From NCBI GenBank assembly GCA_963664435.2, contig CAXXKM010000003.1, positions 320,001 through 384,000 of the forward strand: a stretch of 64,000 nt of DNA, given 5' to 3'. This document shows positions 43,730-52,945 of this stretch, in pieces. The translations under genes and the position numbers were made by a program. The notes under the pieces were generated by a model, which did not search any database, was not told where the DNA came from, and saw nothing but the letters and a program-made list of their open reading frames with translations. The first letter of the stretch is position 1. The number at the start of each line of letters is the position of its first letter. The stretch comes from Longimicrobiales bacterium (GTDB lineage: Bacteria; Gemmatimonadota; Gemmatimonadetes; Longimicrobiales; Gaopeijiaceae).

Positions 43730-44521
43730 TTGGTACACAACGATCACGGCGGGTTGCACGAGGACCTGAAGCTGACGGGAGCCCGGATCGGGCGTCGCGA
43801 AATGCTCCGGCTCGCCGCCGGAGGAATGAGCGCGCTATACCTGTTGGGATGCTCTGACGGCGTGCTCGGGGTCGGCGAGGGCGATGGCGACGGCGCGTGC
43901 GACGCGATCCCCGAGGAGACCGCGGGCCCCTTTCCCGCCGATGGCTCGAACGGGCCCGACGTCCTGAGCCAGGCCGGGGTGGTCCGTTCGGACATCCGGT
44001 CGAGCTTCGCGGGTCTTGCCGGGGTGGCCGACGGCGTGCCGCTCACCGTGACTCTGCAGCTCGTCGATGGGCGGAACGGGTGCGGGCCGGCGGTGGGTCT
44101 GGCGGTGTACTTGTGGCAATGCGACCGGGAAGGCCGTTATTCGCTCTACTCGAGCGGCGCCACTCAGCAGAACTATCTGCGCGGCGTCCAGGAGAGCGAC
44201 TCGAGCGGGAGCCTGTCGTTTACGACCGTCTTCCCGGGCTGCTACCCGGGCCGCTGGCCCCACATCCACTTCGAGGTCTACCCGAGTCTCGCCGCCGCGT
44301 CTGACGCGCGCAACAAGATCGCGACCTCGCAACTGGCATTCCCGGAAGATGCCTGCAACGCGGCGTACGCGACGCAGGGATACGAGGGCAGCGTCGACAC
44401 CCTCGAGCGCGTTTCGCTCGCGAGCGATGGCGTGTTCAGGGATGGTGTGGACCAGCAGCTCGCCACCATGACCGGGAACCCGTCATCGGGGTTCACCGCG
44501 CAGTTGACGGTCGGGGTGTAG
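43730..44521 (+). CDS. Intradiol ring-cleavage dioxygenase-like secreted protein
   Basis: RREML Tat-like signal, ETAGPFP, RSDI, YSLYS, LRGVQ, PGCYPGRWPHIH. Confidence 0.88.
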   Translation: MVHNDHGGLHEDLKLTGARIGRREMLRLAAGGMSALYLLGCSDGVLGVGEGDGDGACDAIPEETAGPFPADGSNGPDVLSQAGVVRSDIRSSFAGLAGVADGVPLTVTLQLVDGRNGCGPAVGLAVYLWQCDREGRYSLYSSGATQQNYLRGVQESDSSGSLSFTTVFPGCYPGRWPHIHFEVYPSLAAASDARNKIATSQLAFPEDACNAAYATQGYEGSVDTLERVSLASDGVFRDGVDQQLATMTGNPSSGFTAQLTVGV

Positions 44522-44528
44522 CCGGACG

Positions 44529-44700
44529 CGTGGAAGCCACCGTCAGTACTGGCACCCGGTCAAGCCCGGAACCGTCACCATTGCTGGCAGAAGGAGCAAA
44601 GACCTGGCCCCCGGAACCTGAAGAGTATTCTCAGGCAGGCCGGACTCGATAATGAGAAGCACCGTGACCTACGCCATCGTCATTGAGCGAACCGACGTCG
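44529..44700 (+). pseudogene. hicA: Degenerate hicA-hicB toxin-antitoxin pair
   Basis: RGSHRQYWHPVKPGTVTIAG..DLAPGT, frameshift at ~44618 to LKSILRQAGL, then HicB-like start TYAIVIER. Confidence 0.8.
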
Positions 44701-44802
44701 GTCAGGTTGGTGGAGGTCCCTGCCGCGTCATAGGACGGATCCACATCGCGGCAAGTTGGGTCGCGCCGTGATGTTCCTGTCGAGCTGCCCGCCGTGCAGG
44801 GG

Positions 44803-45852
44803 CTACCGTGGCCGCGCCAGCGGTCTTCCATCCAGCTCCCATCCCGGGTCGATTCCGATTCCGAGGTGATCCAGTGCCGTCGCGGCCACGTCCACGATGA
44901 ATGCGGGTCCGGGGGGCGGCCAGTTCGCGGTGTCGGAGCCGCTCGCAAGGATGAAGATGGTCATCTCCTCGGGTGAGTCGCCGCCGTGGCCGCCGTCCGC
45001 GCGCCTGCCGTGGTCGGTGCTGATGAGCACGAGCCAGTCCTCGTTCATGTAGCCGGGCCGCGCCCTGACCGCCTCGACCAGCATGCCCACATGCCGGTCC
45101 GCGAGCGCGATCGCGTCCCGGTACTCCGCGCCGATGGAGCCGTGCTGGTGGCTGGTCTCGTCGGGGTTGCCGAGGTAGACGAACATGGCGTCGGGGTCGG
45201 CGATGGCGAGATGGCGCACGGCCTGCGCGGTGAGTTCGGCATCGGCTTCGGCCCAGCCCAGGTCGTAGCCGTCCAGCACGACCCGGGTATCGACCGAAGG
45301 CGGGAGCACAGGATCGCCGCCTTCGAGTTCCGCGAGGGGCAGCCAGTCCAGGGCGGCGAAGGTGGCCAGAGCGGGGCGCTCCTGCTCCACGCGCGTCAGG
45401 AAGCTCGGCCAGGCGTCGTAGTCGCGGCCGGTGAAGTTGTTGTCGGTGACCCCGTGCTTTTCGGGCCAGACGCCGGTGAGCATCGAAGACCACGACGGGC
45501 CGCTCACCGACGGAGTGGTCGTGCGCGCTTCCGCCGTGTACCACCCGCTCGCCGCCAGCGCGTCCATGTTGGGCGTCGGGACCTCGGCGAGCACGTCCGG
45601 CCGCACGCCGTCAATGCCGATGAGGAGGACCTTGGGGGTGGCCTGGGTCGCGGCGGGCGTGGGTGAGGCGCAGAGGAGTGCGGCCATGGCAGCAGCACCA
45701 CAGAGTAGTGCGGCCCTGCTCCACGCCCGGGCGAGCACCGCAACCGTCCCCGACGCCCGGATGAGCGCCACGAATCCCGGTCCGATCGTCCGCGGGCATG
45801 GGCATGTGGCCCTCCCGCTGTGGCCGGCAGGCCGGCGAATCACTGTGGTCAT
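44803..45852 (-). CDS. Alkaline phosphatase superfamily (nucleotide pyrophosphatase/phosphodiesterase-like) protein
   Basis: LLIGIDGVRPD, SVSGPSWSSMLTG, DETSH, STDHG..HGG. Confidence 0.88.
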   Translation of the reverse strand: MTTVIRRPAGHSGRATCPCPRTIGPGFVALIRASGTVAVLARAWSRAALLCGAAAMAALLCASPTPAATQATPKVLLIGIDGVRPDVLAEVPTPNMDALAASGWYTAEARTTTPSVSGPSWSSMLTGVWPEKHGVTDNNFTGRDYDAWPSFLTRVEQERPALATFAALDWLPLAELEGGDPVLPPSVDTRVVLDGYDLGWAEADAELTAQAVRHLAIADPDAMFVYLGNPDETSHQHGSIGAEYRDAIALADRHVGMLVEAVRARPGYMNEDWLVLISTDHGRRADGGHGGDSPEEMTIFILASGSDTANWPPPGPAFIVDVAATALDHLGIGIDPGWELDGRPLARPR

Positions 45853-46057
45853 CGCTCGCTCATCAGCTCCACAAGCCGCTCCACGCAGATGTTCCATCCC
45901 ACTTCGTGCCCTTCCCTGTCCTCCGGAGTGGGAAAGCCCTCGTGGGAAAGCCGGACTTCGGTGCCGTCCTCGGCCCGCGCGAACTCTACCGTCACCAGGG
46001 TCTCCGCCCTCATCGGGTGCGGCTCCTTCCAGCTCCAAGTGTAAGCCAGCCGACGCG
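45849..46057 (-). pseudogene. 3' half of interrupted SRPBCC/AHA1-family gene
   Basis: RRLAYTWSW..ETLVTVEF..GTEVRLSHEGF..HEVGW..L. Confidence 0.88.
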
Positions 46058-46151
46058 ACATGATTAGTCGATTTTGCAACTCGTTGTAATCAGTGAACTT
46101 GCGAGTTTCGTGGGCCGGATTCCCGCCGAATGATTCCCGCTGACCGGGATT

Positions 46152-47315
46152 TCAGCCGCGAACGTTTCTGCGGCCTTCCAGTGCCGTCCTGAGTTGTCCG
46201 GCGTCCGGCCTCTGGTAACACCTGAGCACCGTCTGTGCATCCTTCCACCCGCCAAGCTCACATAGCACCTTGAGCGGAAGGTCCATCAGGTCGCTGGCGA
46301 ACTTGCGCCTCAGCGAGTGCCAGCCCCGCCGCGGCTTCGGCTCCAGTCCCGCGAGCGTCTGGGCCTTCCTCCACCACTGAAAGGCGGTAACGCGGTGCAT
46401 GCACCGCGTGGCATCCTTCGACGAAGGCAGTACCGGCGTGTTGCCTTTCCCGGTGCCCATCCCGCGCGCTTCCTCCAAGGCGGCGAGGGCCTCGTCGGTC
46501 AGCGGCGTGACGTGCTCGTAGCCCGTCTTCTCGTGTTCCGCCCGCCAGCGTACTTCACGGCCCTCGAAGTCGATGTCCTCCCACCTGAGGTTGCGGATGG
46601 CTCCGATTCGGTGCCCGGTTTCGTGCGCGAGCACGAGGGCGACGTGGAACCGCCAACCGACCTGCCGCGAAACCCCGAGCATTGCCCGGTACTCGTCCTC
46701 GGTGAGGACGACCCGGGCGGGGTTCTTCTCCCTGGGCTTCCTGAGGCCCTTCAGCGGGTTCCTGTCGAGCAACAGGCGGCCCCGCTCGTCCTTCGACCTC
46801 TCGGCCCAGTTGAAGACCGCCATGAGGAACGTCAGGTCCCACTCGATCGTCCGGTTGCCCACGGGCCTGCCCGAACGGCCGGCCCTTCCGGCCCGGCGCG
46901 CTTGGATGAACCGATCCCAATCGCGCTGTGAGAAGGTGGCGGGGTCGCGGTCCCGTCCGAAGAAGTCGAGGAACATCGCGGTCGCGACCCTGTCGCGCTC
47001 GCGCGTCCGCTTCCCCTTGGTCGGGGTGACCTCCTCTCCGTAAATGTCAAAGAGCGTGCCCAGAGTGAGCGGCTCGGGCTCGGCCTCGGCCTTGCCGTTG
47101 GGCTCGTGGACCGCGAAGCCCGCGGCGGCCTCGTCGGCCTGCCGCTTCGCGCGAGCCCAATCGCGGTGCCCCAGCGACCGGCTCCGCCTGCGCCCGTTCT
47201 CCCTCCACTCGATCTGGAGCAGGCCGGTTTTCGGATCCGGAAACACCCGGACCCGGTTCCGGCCCCATTCTCCGGCGCTGTAGCTGCGCCGGCTTCGTTT
47301 CGTGCGTGCCATCAT
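46152..47315 (-). CDS. Tyrosine recombinase/integrase
   Basis: Catalytic R (TGHRIG), K (EKTG), HSLR, GGW, Y (RCYQ); GGAGGA RBS; N-terminal arm-binding-like region. Confidence 0.95.
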   Translation of the reverse strand: MMARTKRSRRSYSAGEWGRNRVRVFPDPKTGLLQIEWRENGRRRSRSLGHRDWARAKRQADEAAAGFAVHEPNGKAEAEPEPLTLGTLFDIYGEEVTPTKGKRTRERDRVATAMFLDFFGRDRDPATFSQRDWDRFIQARRAGRAGRSGRPVGNRTIEWDLTFLMAVFNWAERSKDERGRLLLDRNPLKGLRKPREKNPARVVLTEDEYRAMLGVSRQVGWRFHVALVLAHETGHRIGAIRNLRWEDIDFEGREVRWRAEHEKTGYEHVTPLTDEALAALEEARGMGTGKGNTPVLPSSKDATRCMHRVTAFQWWRKAQTLAGLEPKPRRGWHSLRRKFASDLMDLPLKVLCELGGWKDAQTVLRCYQRPDAGQLRTALEGRRNVRG

Positions 47316-48529
47316 TCGATTCCTCCGAGTGATGGACTGCACGATCCGCCTGCCCGAAAGCTCGCGGGGAAGCGGCTTGTCCGCCAGTCGCGTGCGGAAG
47401 GCGGTTTCCGGCCCCGAAACCGCCACCGGGGCCGTAGCGGGAGTGTCCGTCCGACATCGGAGGCGGGCGGACACGAAAACGTCCTCTCAGCGGACACGCC
47501 CGCGATTCCCAATGTCGCTGCCCAACTTTCGGTTGCGAGATGGCCACGGGAGCGGCCGTGGCGCGCGGGAGCCTGCGGGAGTGACCGGAGCAACCCCCCT
47601 CTTTCGATGCCTGGCGTGCCATCGGGGAGGATCGACATGGACAGGCCCATGCCGTCCTCCGAGGGAGGGTTGCTCCGGTCCAGCGATCCTTGGCAGGAAG
47701 GCTTTCAAGACAGAATGGGCGAGCGCGTGCGGAGCACTCCGTCCGCGACCGTGGCCTGCCTCTCCCTTGCGGTGAGGGGCGGCCGGCTCGGACCCTCGTT
47801 CGGGCGGCGGGTCTCCCGGCGTCCGAACGAGGGTGGGCAAGCGAAGCGCGGCAGCCCGGTCCGGGGCCGGGAGGTTCTGGTCGAGGGCCGGAGCGAGGAT
47901 CTCGACCGATACCAGAAGGGCGAGCGGGCCGTGCGCCGACAGCGCCCGGTAAATCGAGCGTGCGGCACGCGACCGGTGGCGAACCCGGTTCCCGTCAAGC
48001 GAACGGCAACCATGGTCGTGCGGGCGGCCACCCGATCGGGATGGGCCGCCACGGGGGGACGGGGGGCGACGCCCCCGCCCGCGCAATCCACCGGAGCGCG
48101 GGTCTGTTGGGGATCGAAGGGGCAACGTCCCTCGCCAGCCCGAATGTATTACTTCGGGTAGGCTGGCTTGTGCGCCTAACGGTGCTCCAAGCCAGCCCTG
48201 CGGCCGCCCCGCAAGAGACGCTCCCGCGAGCCGCCCGAGAAGGCGGTGGCCGGGCTGTCGCGGGCAAGCTCCTCAGGCCTCTCGGTTGTCGACCGCACGG
48301 ACGGCGGGAGGCAACGGGCAACCCGTCACTTCTTTGCGACGGCGGCGCTCCGAGCCGCGCACCGATTTCACCCTACTCCCTCCTCGGAGACCCGGGGGCT
48401 CGTCGGTCCTGGGCGATCCTACGGCCGTAGGTTTTTCGAAGACCAGTCCGGCGCGCCGCCTCTGGAGGGTCACCGGGAAGGTGACGGGCTTCCGCTATCC
48501 GACAGCGGTGCGCCGGACTGAGTGAAGGC

Positions 48530-49084
48530 CTACGTGGTCACTCGGCCCTGGAAGTAGCAGAACCCGCCGGCGTTGGTCCAGAACGTGATGTCCGTCAGCC
48601 GATTGGAATTCCACTTGACGTACCGCACTGCCAAGCTGCTCGTGTTGGTGTCCGGGTCGTAGGTCCAAGGGGAACCGGAATGGTCACCGTACCTGCTCCA
48701 CCGCGTTCCCGCGATGTAGTAGCAGGCGTTCGTGTTGGTCCCAGTTCTGCCGTCAATGCGTTTGCAGTCGCCCCCGGACGCGACGCCGACGCCATTGTTG
48801 CCGGGGGGACTCGCGTTCGTGAAGTAGACGCGGAAGTGATGGCCGTGGCTGGCGGTCCGCCCCGGCACCGTCACGTTCAGATCACCGAGGAGAGTGTTGG
48901 TCAGGTCGCGGTCCAGCGACACTTCGCAGCTCCCAGCCTTGGCGTCGGCGGCGGTCTGCGTCGCGGCGAGCCTCTCGCCCTCGACGGGCGTGGCGTTCTG
49001 GTCGGCGGGGATCGCCTCGGTCGGCATGTCGGCGCACGAGGACAGCGCCACGGCGGACAGGGCACAGAGGATGGTCTTCTTCAT
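48530..49084 (-). CDS. Hypothetical lipoprotein (element cargo)
   Basis: MKKTILCALSAVALSSC lipobox, AAGGAGAG RBS, four further Cys. Confidence 0.75.
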   Translation of the reverse strand: MKKTILCALSAVALSSCADMPTEAIPADQNATPVEGERLAATQTAADAKAGSCEVSLDRDLTNTLLGDLNVTVPGRTASHGHHFRVYFTNASPPGNNGVGVASGGDCKRIDGRTGTNTNACYYIAGTRWSRYGDHSGSPWTYDPDTNTSSLAVRYVKWNSNRLTDITFWTNAGGFCYFQGRVTT

Positions 49085-49685
49085 CGCTTCTCTCCTTGGG
49101 TCGGGGGGTGTTTGAAGTGGTTGATGTCGGATAGGTGAGCCCATCGGGCATCCCTTGACACGAAAATCAGGCGGAACGTGTCGCCGGGACCCAATCCGCT
49201 GGGGATCAGCGCCCAGTCGTCGGGCACCACGGTGGCGTTCTGCTGCCGGGCCTGCATGGCCATGGCGTTGGCTGCGACGGGGAGCGGCACGTCGGCCAAG
49301 GACAGCTCGGCTTCGTCGGCGAACGGCGCGGCGGTCGGGATCTCGCCGCACGAGACGCCTGCAAGGCCAGCCAAGAGGAACGGGAACGCCCGAAGCGGGC
49401 GGCGCTCCGCTAGCGGCGGAGCCGGTTCCGTGGTTGGAAGGGTGCCGCAGGCGTCGCCGCGGCGGAAGGAATCAGGCGGAGCGGCTAGAAGCCGAAGGCG
49501 CTTCCATCGAGACGTACGACAGGCTCGGCTCGGCTCGGCTCGGCTCGGCTCGGCTCGGCTCGGCTCGGCTCGGCTCGGCTCGGCTCGGCTCGGCTCGGCT
49601 CGGCTCGGCTCGGCTCGGCTCGGCTCGGCTCGGCTCGGCTCGGCTCGGCTCTTAACGGTGCTGCGTAATCGATACCCATGGCCAT
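49081..49685 (-). pseudogene. Putative phase-variable secreted-protein gene, out of frame across an SSR and apparently 3'-truncated
   Basis: RBS GGAGGGAG and ATG 49685; SSR; downstream frame gives FPFLLAGLAGVSC and VPDDWALIPSGLGPGDTFRLIFVS. Confidence 0.65.
49522..49651. repeat. Perfect pentanucleotide SSR (GGCTC)26
   Basis: 130 bp uninterrupted. Confidence 0.98.
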
Positions 49686-49725
49686 GTCAACTCCCTCCGC
49701 TACCATCGGCTCCTCAGGACCATGA

Positions 49726-49755
49726 AAGATAACCGACCGTTCCCGCCGGGAGCAA
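49726..49755 (-). promoter_or_regulatory. sigma70-type promoter upstream of the SSR-containing gene
   Basis: TTGCTC-N18-TATCTT on minus strand, ~40 nt before ATG 49685. Confidence 0.5.
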
Positions 49756-50166
49756 ACTACTCCCCCGGGTGACCGGCGGAGTTCCGGAGAAAGCGGCCGC
49801 TCCCGAATCGGGCGGCGCGTTTGGGTTGGGCTAGTGGCCAGCGCCGCCTCGGCGACCTCCGTCCATCGACACGCGGAGCATGTCCCGGTTATCGGCGGTG
49901 CAAGTGTCCCGGAACGGCGAGTCCCGCGCAGTATGGGCGGTGCCGTTCGCCTCGGGAGCGACGAGGGAGTCGTCCGCGTCGCCAACGCCCCGAATCCCCT
50001 CGGATCCGTGTCGGGCGGCTCCCTCGATTTCCCGTCAAACGATTCCGGCTTTCCGGTCATTCCGGCACGATCCAGCAAGATCCAGCACAACGGCAGAAAG
50101 GGCGGATCATGCAGTCCTGTATGACTTTAGATGATTCCCTGCCGTGATTCTGGCCTCTGGCGTTCC

Positions 50167-50407
50167 GCCGACGCGGCGGATCGACCTCGCGGTAGGTGCC
50201 GTGGGCGGTCACGTGACCGTCCTCGACCTCCAGGCAAATCGAGTAGCGCCCGCCTACGCGCAGATCGACATCCACCTCCACACCCGCGCTCGGATCGGGA
50301 TGCGTCCAGCGTTCCACTTTCTCTCTGCCGGTCCAGGCCGCGAAGACCTGCTCGGGCGTTGCCGGGATGGTGCTGAGAAGGTGCAGGGATGTCGAGTTGC
50401 GACTCAT
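50167..50407 (-). pseudogene. 5' half of interrupted SRPBCC/AHA1-family gene
   Basis: PATPEQVFAAWT..RW..DLRVGGRY..GTYREVDPPRR. Confidence 0.88.
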
Positions 50408-50451
50408 GGAACTCGCTCTGTGGTGTTGCATAGGATTCCGGGGCTCAGTTC

Positions 50452-50640
50452 GTGAGGCGGGCCAGACGATACGCCAGACGAGCCGACCTGGAGGTACGCT
50501 TCGACCCCAGCCGCGGCAAGGGAAGCCATGGGTTGCTCTACCTCGGAGAGCATCGCACGGTCGTAAAGCGCGGCGAACTGCGCCGGGGCACGTTTCGAGC
50601 AATGCTGAAGCAGCTGGATGTCCGGGAGGAGGACTTGTGA
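50452..50640 (+). CDS. hicA: HicA-family toxin (original start possibly lost)
   Basis: RGKGSH motif, GTFRAMLKQL. Confidence 0.8.
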   Translation: MRRARRYARRADLEVRFDPSRGKGSHGLLYLGEHRTVVKRGELRRGTFRAMLKQLDVREEDL

Positions 50641-50894
50641 TGCGGTACGCCTATCCATGTGAGATGACCCCTGAGGCGGACGGCGGGTACTCTGTCTCGT
50701 TTCCGGACGTGCCGGAAGCCTTGACCTGCGGCGACGATCAGGTCGAAGCACTGGCTATGGCGGAAGACGCGCTGGCGGTTGCGCTTGGGGCCTACGTTCG
50801 TGCCCGGGAGGACATCCCGACGCCGGGACCTCTGCTGCCTGGGCAGGTCATGGTTGCGGTACCGTCGGCGGTGGCGGCCAAGCTCGCGACGTAG
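50640..50894 (+). CDS. hicB: HicB-family antitoxin, ends before the C-terminal HTH
   Basis: GGYSVSFPDVPEALTCGD..EALAMAEDAL..IPTP, ends at AAKLAT. Confidence 0.85.
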   Translation: MRYAYPCEMTPEADGGYSVSFPDVPEALTCGDDQVEALAMAEDALAVALGAYVRAREDIPTPGPLLPGQVMVAVPSAVAAKLAT

Positions 50895-50898
50895 CCGC

Positions 50899-52182
50899 CT
50901 ACCGCAGAAAAACGCTCTTGGGGATGAACCCCGAGACGACCTGGGTGATGTCCACCACCTCGTTGATGCGGAAGTCCACCGCTATGCTCGCCAGCGAGAG
51001 CGCCTTCGCCGGCGTGAGCCCCTTTTCCTCGACCAGGAAGTCGACGACGGCCCGGGTGGCGTGGCGCGTGGCCCGGTCCAGGTCGACATCGATGCCCATC
51101 AGGATGTAGTGCTCGTCGTTCTCGGCCATCGGCGCCTCGATGGACCGGTCCTTGTGCACGGCGAGGCGGAAGGTGCCGGTGAGCGATTGCTCGATGGCCG
51201 TCCCGCTCACCTCTCCGTCCCCCTGAGCTCCGTGCGGATCGCCCACGTAAAAGAGGCCCCCGGGGTGGAACACGGGCAGGTAGACGGTCGTGCCGGCCTT
51301 GAGGTGCTTCACGTCGAGGTTGCCCCCGAAGGCTCCGGGCGGGGTCGATCCCTGCACGCCGGGCGCGGTCACGCCGGGCTGGCCCATCACGGGATCCGGC
51401 GCCACGGCCAGGATGCCCATGAACGGCTCGAGCGGCACGTGGATGTCGTCGGCGAGGAACGCGACCTCCACGCCGTCCACCTCACCCGTGTGAATCACGT
51501 GGCGGCCGCTCTCCGGCGGGATGTCTAGCGCCGGGTCGCCCTCCCGAAAGCCGGGATACGAGGTCGAGAACACGCCGCTGCGCGCGCCCGTGCTGTTGAT
51601 GCCCCAGTTCGCCCGCGTTTCGACGGAGAGAATCTCGATCTCCAGCACATCCCCGGGCTCCGCGCCCTCGACATGGATGGGGCCGGTGATGATGTGGCTC
51701 CCCTGCCGGTCACGAAGCCGTCCGTCGCGCGAGGCCCAGAAGTCCAGCACGTCCTGGTGGATCTCTTCCCGCGCGATGCCCAGGCCGGTGAGGAAGGCAA
51801 CCGGCTCTTCGTCCTGGCCCGCCCCCGCCGAGGTCAGCGTGTTGACGCGAACGGTCTCCCCGGACTGCATCCGCAGCACCGGCTCCTTGTCGATGGGGAA
51901 CCAGCCCCAGGCCACGTTCTCGGGGGTCGAGGGGACGAAGTGGTCGGCCTCGATGGGCTGGGTGGCGGCGCCGGGCCGGGTGGCGGAAGCGGGCTGGCCG
52001 CCGGCCTCGTCGGCGCTCGCGGCGTCGTCCGCCGGCCCGGCGCAGGCGGCCGTGACGGCGAGAGTCAGAGACGCGAAGAGGCCAGCGCGGGAGGCGAGCC
52101 GAGCGAGCCATGCGCGCGATTCGCCGTTCGAACGGGTCGGTGTCCGGTGGCTGTTCCCGGGATCATTGTTCGACATACTCAT
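50899..52182 (-). CDS. Acetamidase/formamidase family protein (lipoprotein-like signal)
   Basis: HIITGPIHVEGAEPGD, FGGNLD, GDPHGAQGDGEVSGTAIE. Confidence 0.92.
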   Translation of the reverse strand: MSMSNNDPGNSHRTPTRSNGESRAWLARLASRAGLFASLTLAVTAACAGPADDAASADEAGGQPASATRPGAATQPIEADHFVPSTPENVAWGWFPIDKEPVLRMQSGETVRVNTLTSAGAGQDEEPVAFLTGLGIAREEIHQDVLDFWASRDGRLRDRQGSHIITGPIHVEGAEPGDVLEIEILSVETRANWGINSTGARSGVFSTSYPGFREGDPALDIPPESGRHVIHTGEVDGVEVAFLADDIHVPLEPFMGILAVAPDPVMGQPGVTAPGVQGSTPPGAFGGNLDVKHLKAGTTVYLPVFHPGGLFYVGDPHGAQGDGEVSGTAIEQSLTGTFRLAVHKDRSIEAPMAENDEHYILMGIDVDLDRATRHATRAVVDFLVEEKGLTPAKALSLASIAVDFRINEVVDITQVVSGFIPKSVFLR

Positions 52183-52213
52183 TCCTTGTTCGGCTGTTGC
52201 GGAGCACTGGGTG

Positions 52214-52837
52214 TCATGTGGAGCGTCGACCGGCTCGCATCCCGTCCAGGAGTGTCGAGGTGGTCTGCCGGATCAGCTCATCGGCATCCACGGCAGTGAG
52301 GATCTGTCCCTCGATCAGCAGCGACGCCAGACCGTGCACGGCACCCCATGCCACGTAGGCCTGCAGGTGGGGATCCCGTCGCTCGATCGTTCCGCTCCGC
52401 TGGTGGGTCTGGACGATGCGCACGAGTTCGTCGAACAATGCGTTCGCGGCCTCGCGGAGATCGGGTCGGTCCTCGCGGGTAACCGCTTCCTTGCCGTACA
52501 TCAGGCGATAGTGCCCCGGGTTCTCGAGCGCGAACCGCACATATTCCTCACCGACCTGCCGGAGCCGCTCGATCCCTGCTCCGGGGGCTCCCGCGCCCAC
52601 TGCCTCCAAGCGGTCTCGAAGGCGGTCGAAACCGGCAGCGGCGACCGCGACCAGGAGCGCGGACTTGTCTGCGAAGTGGCGATAGGCGGCGGACCGCGAC
52701 ACGCCCAGGCGTCGCCCGATCGCGCGCATCGTCACGCTCGAAGTCCCTGCCTCGTCGATCATCGCAGCGGCTTCCGCAAGCAGTGCCGCCCGCAGGTCTC
52801 CGTGGTGATACGCGCTGCCGTCGAGGGTCATGCCCAA
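52214..52837 (-). CDS. TetR/AcrR regulator (WHG-type C-domain)
   Basis: YHHGDLRAALL, GVSRSAAYRHF, WGAVHGLA. Confidence 0.93.
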   Translation of the reverse strand: MGMTLDGSAYHHGDLRAALLAEAAAMIDEAGTSSVTMRAIGRRLGVSRSAAYRHFADKSALLVAVAAAGFDRLRDRLEAVGAGAPGAGIERLRQVGEEYVRFALENPGHYRLMYGKEAVTREDRPDLREAANALFDELVRIVQTHQRSGTIERRDPHLQAYVAWGAVHGLASLLIEGQILTAVDADELIRQTTSTLLDGMRAGRRST

Positions 52838-52866
52838 AGGTGATCGTATCAGACGTGATCAGCAAT

Positions 52867-52908
52867 GTTGACCGCGTCAACGTCACCGGTTATGTTGACA
52901 TCGTCAAC
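52867..52908. promoter_or_regulatory. Two GTTGAC-N3-GTCAAC palindromes, candidate TetR operators
   Basis: 52867-52881 and 52894-52908, between divergent tetR and the operon. Confidence 0.75.
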
Positions 52909-52945
52909 AGACTCGCATCGATCCACCCGGGGGAGGAACAGCCAG

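Larger units (their letters stand above)
46049..50175. mobile_element. ~4.1-kb tyrosine-recombinase integrative element inserted in the SRPBCC gene
   Basis: GCCGACGCG at 46049-46057 and 50167-50175; integrase next to left end; GATTCCC-type repeats near both ends; flanks rejoin in frame. Confidence 0.9.

Noticed and set aside
47637..48161. + strand ORF with GGAGGA RBS inside the element
   Set aside because: Low-complexity Arg/Gly/Pro translation running through hairpins with no recognisable domain; not excluded but unsupported
49522..49651. Repeat tract as CRISPR array
   Set aside because: Pure 5-bp SSR with no spacers; no cas genes in the window
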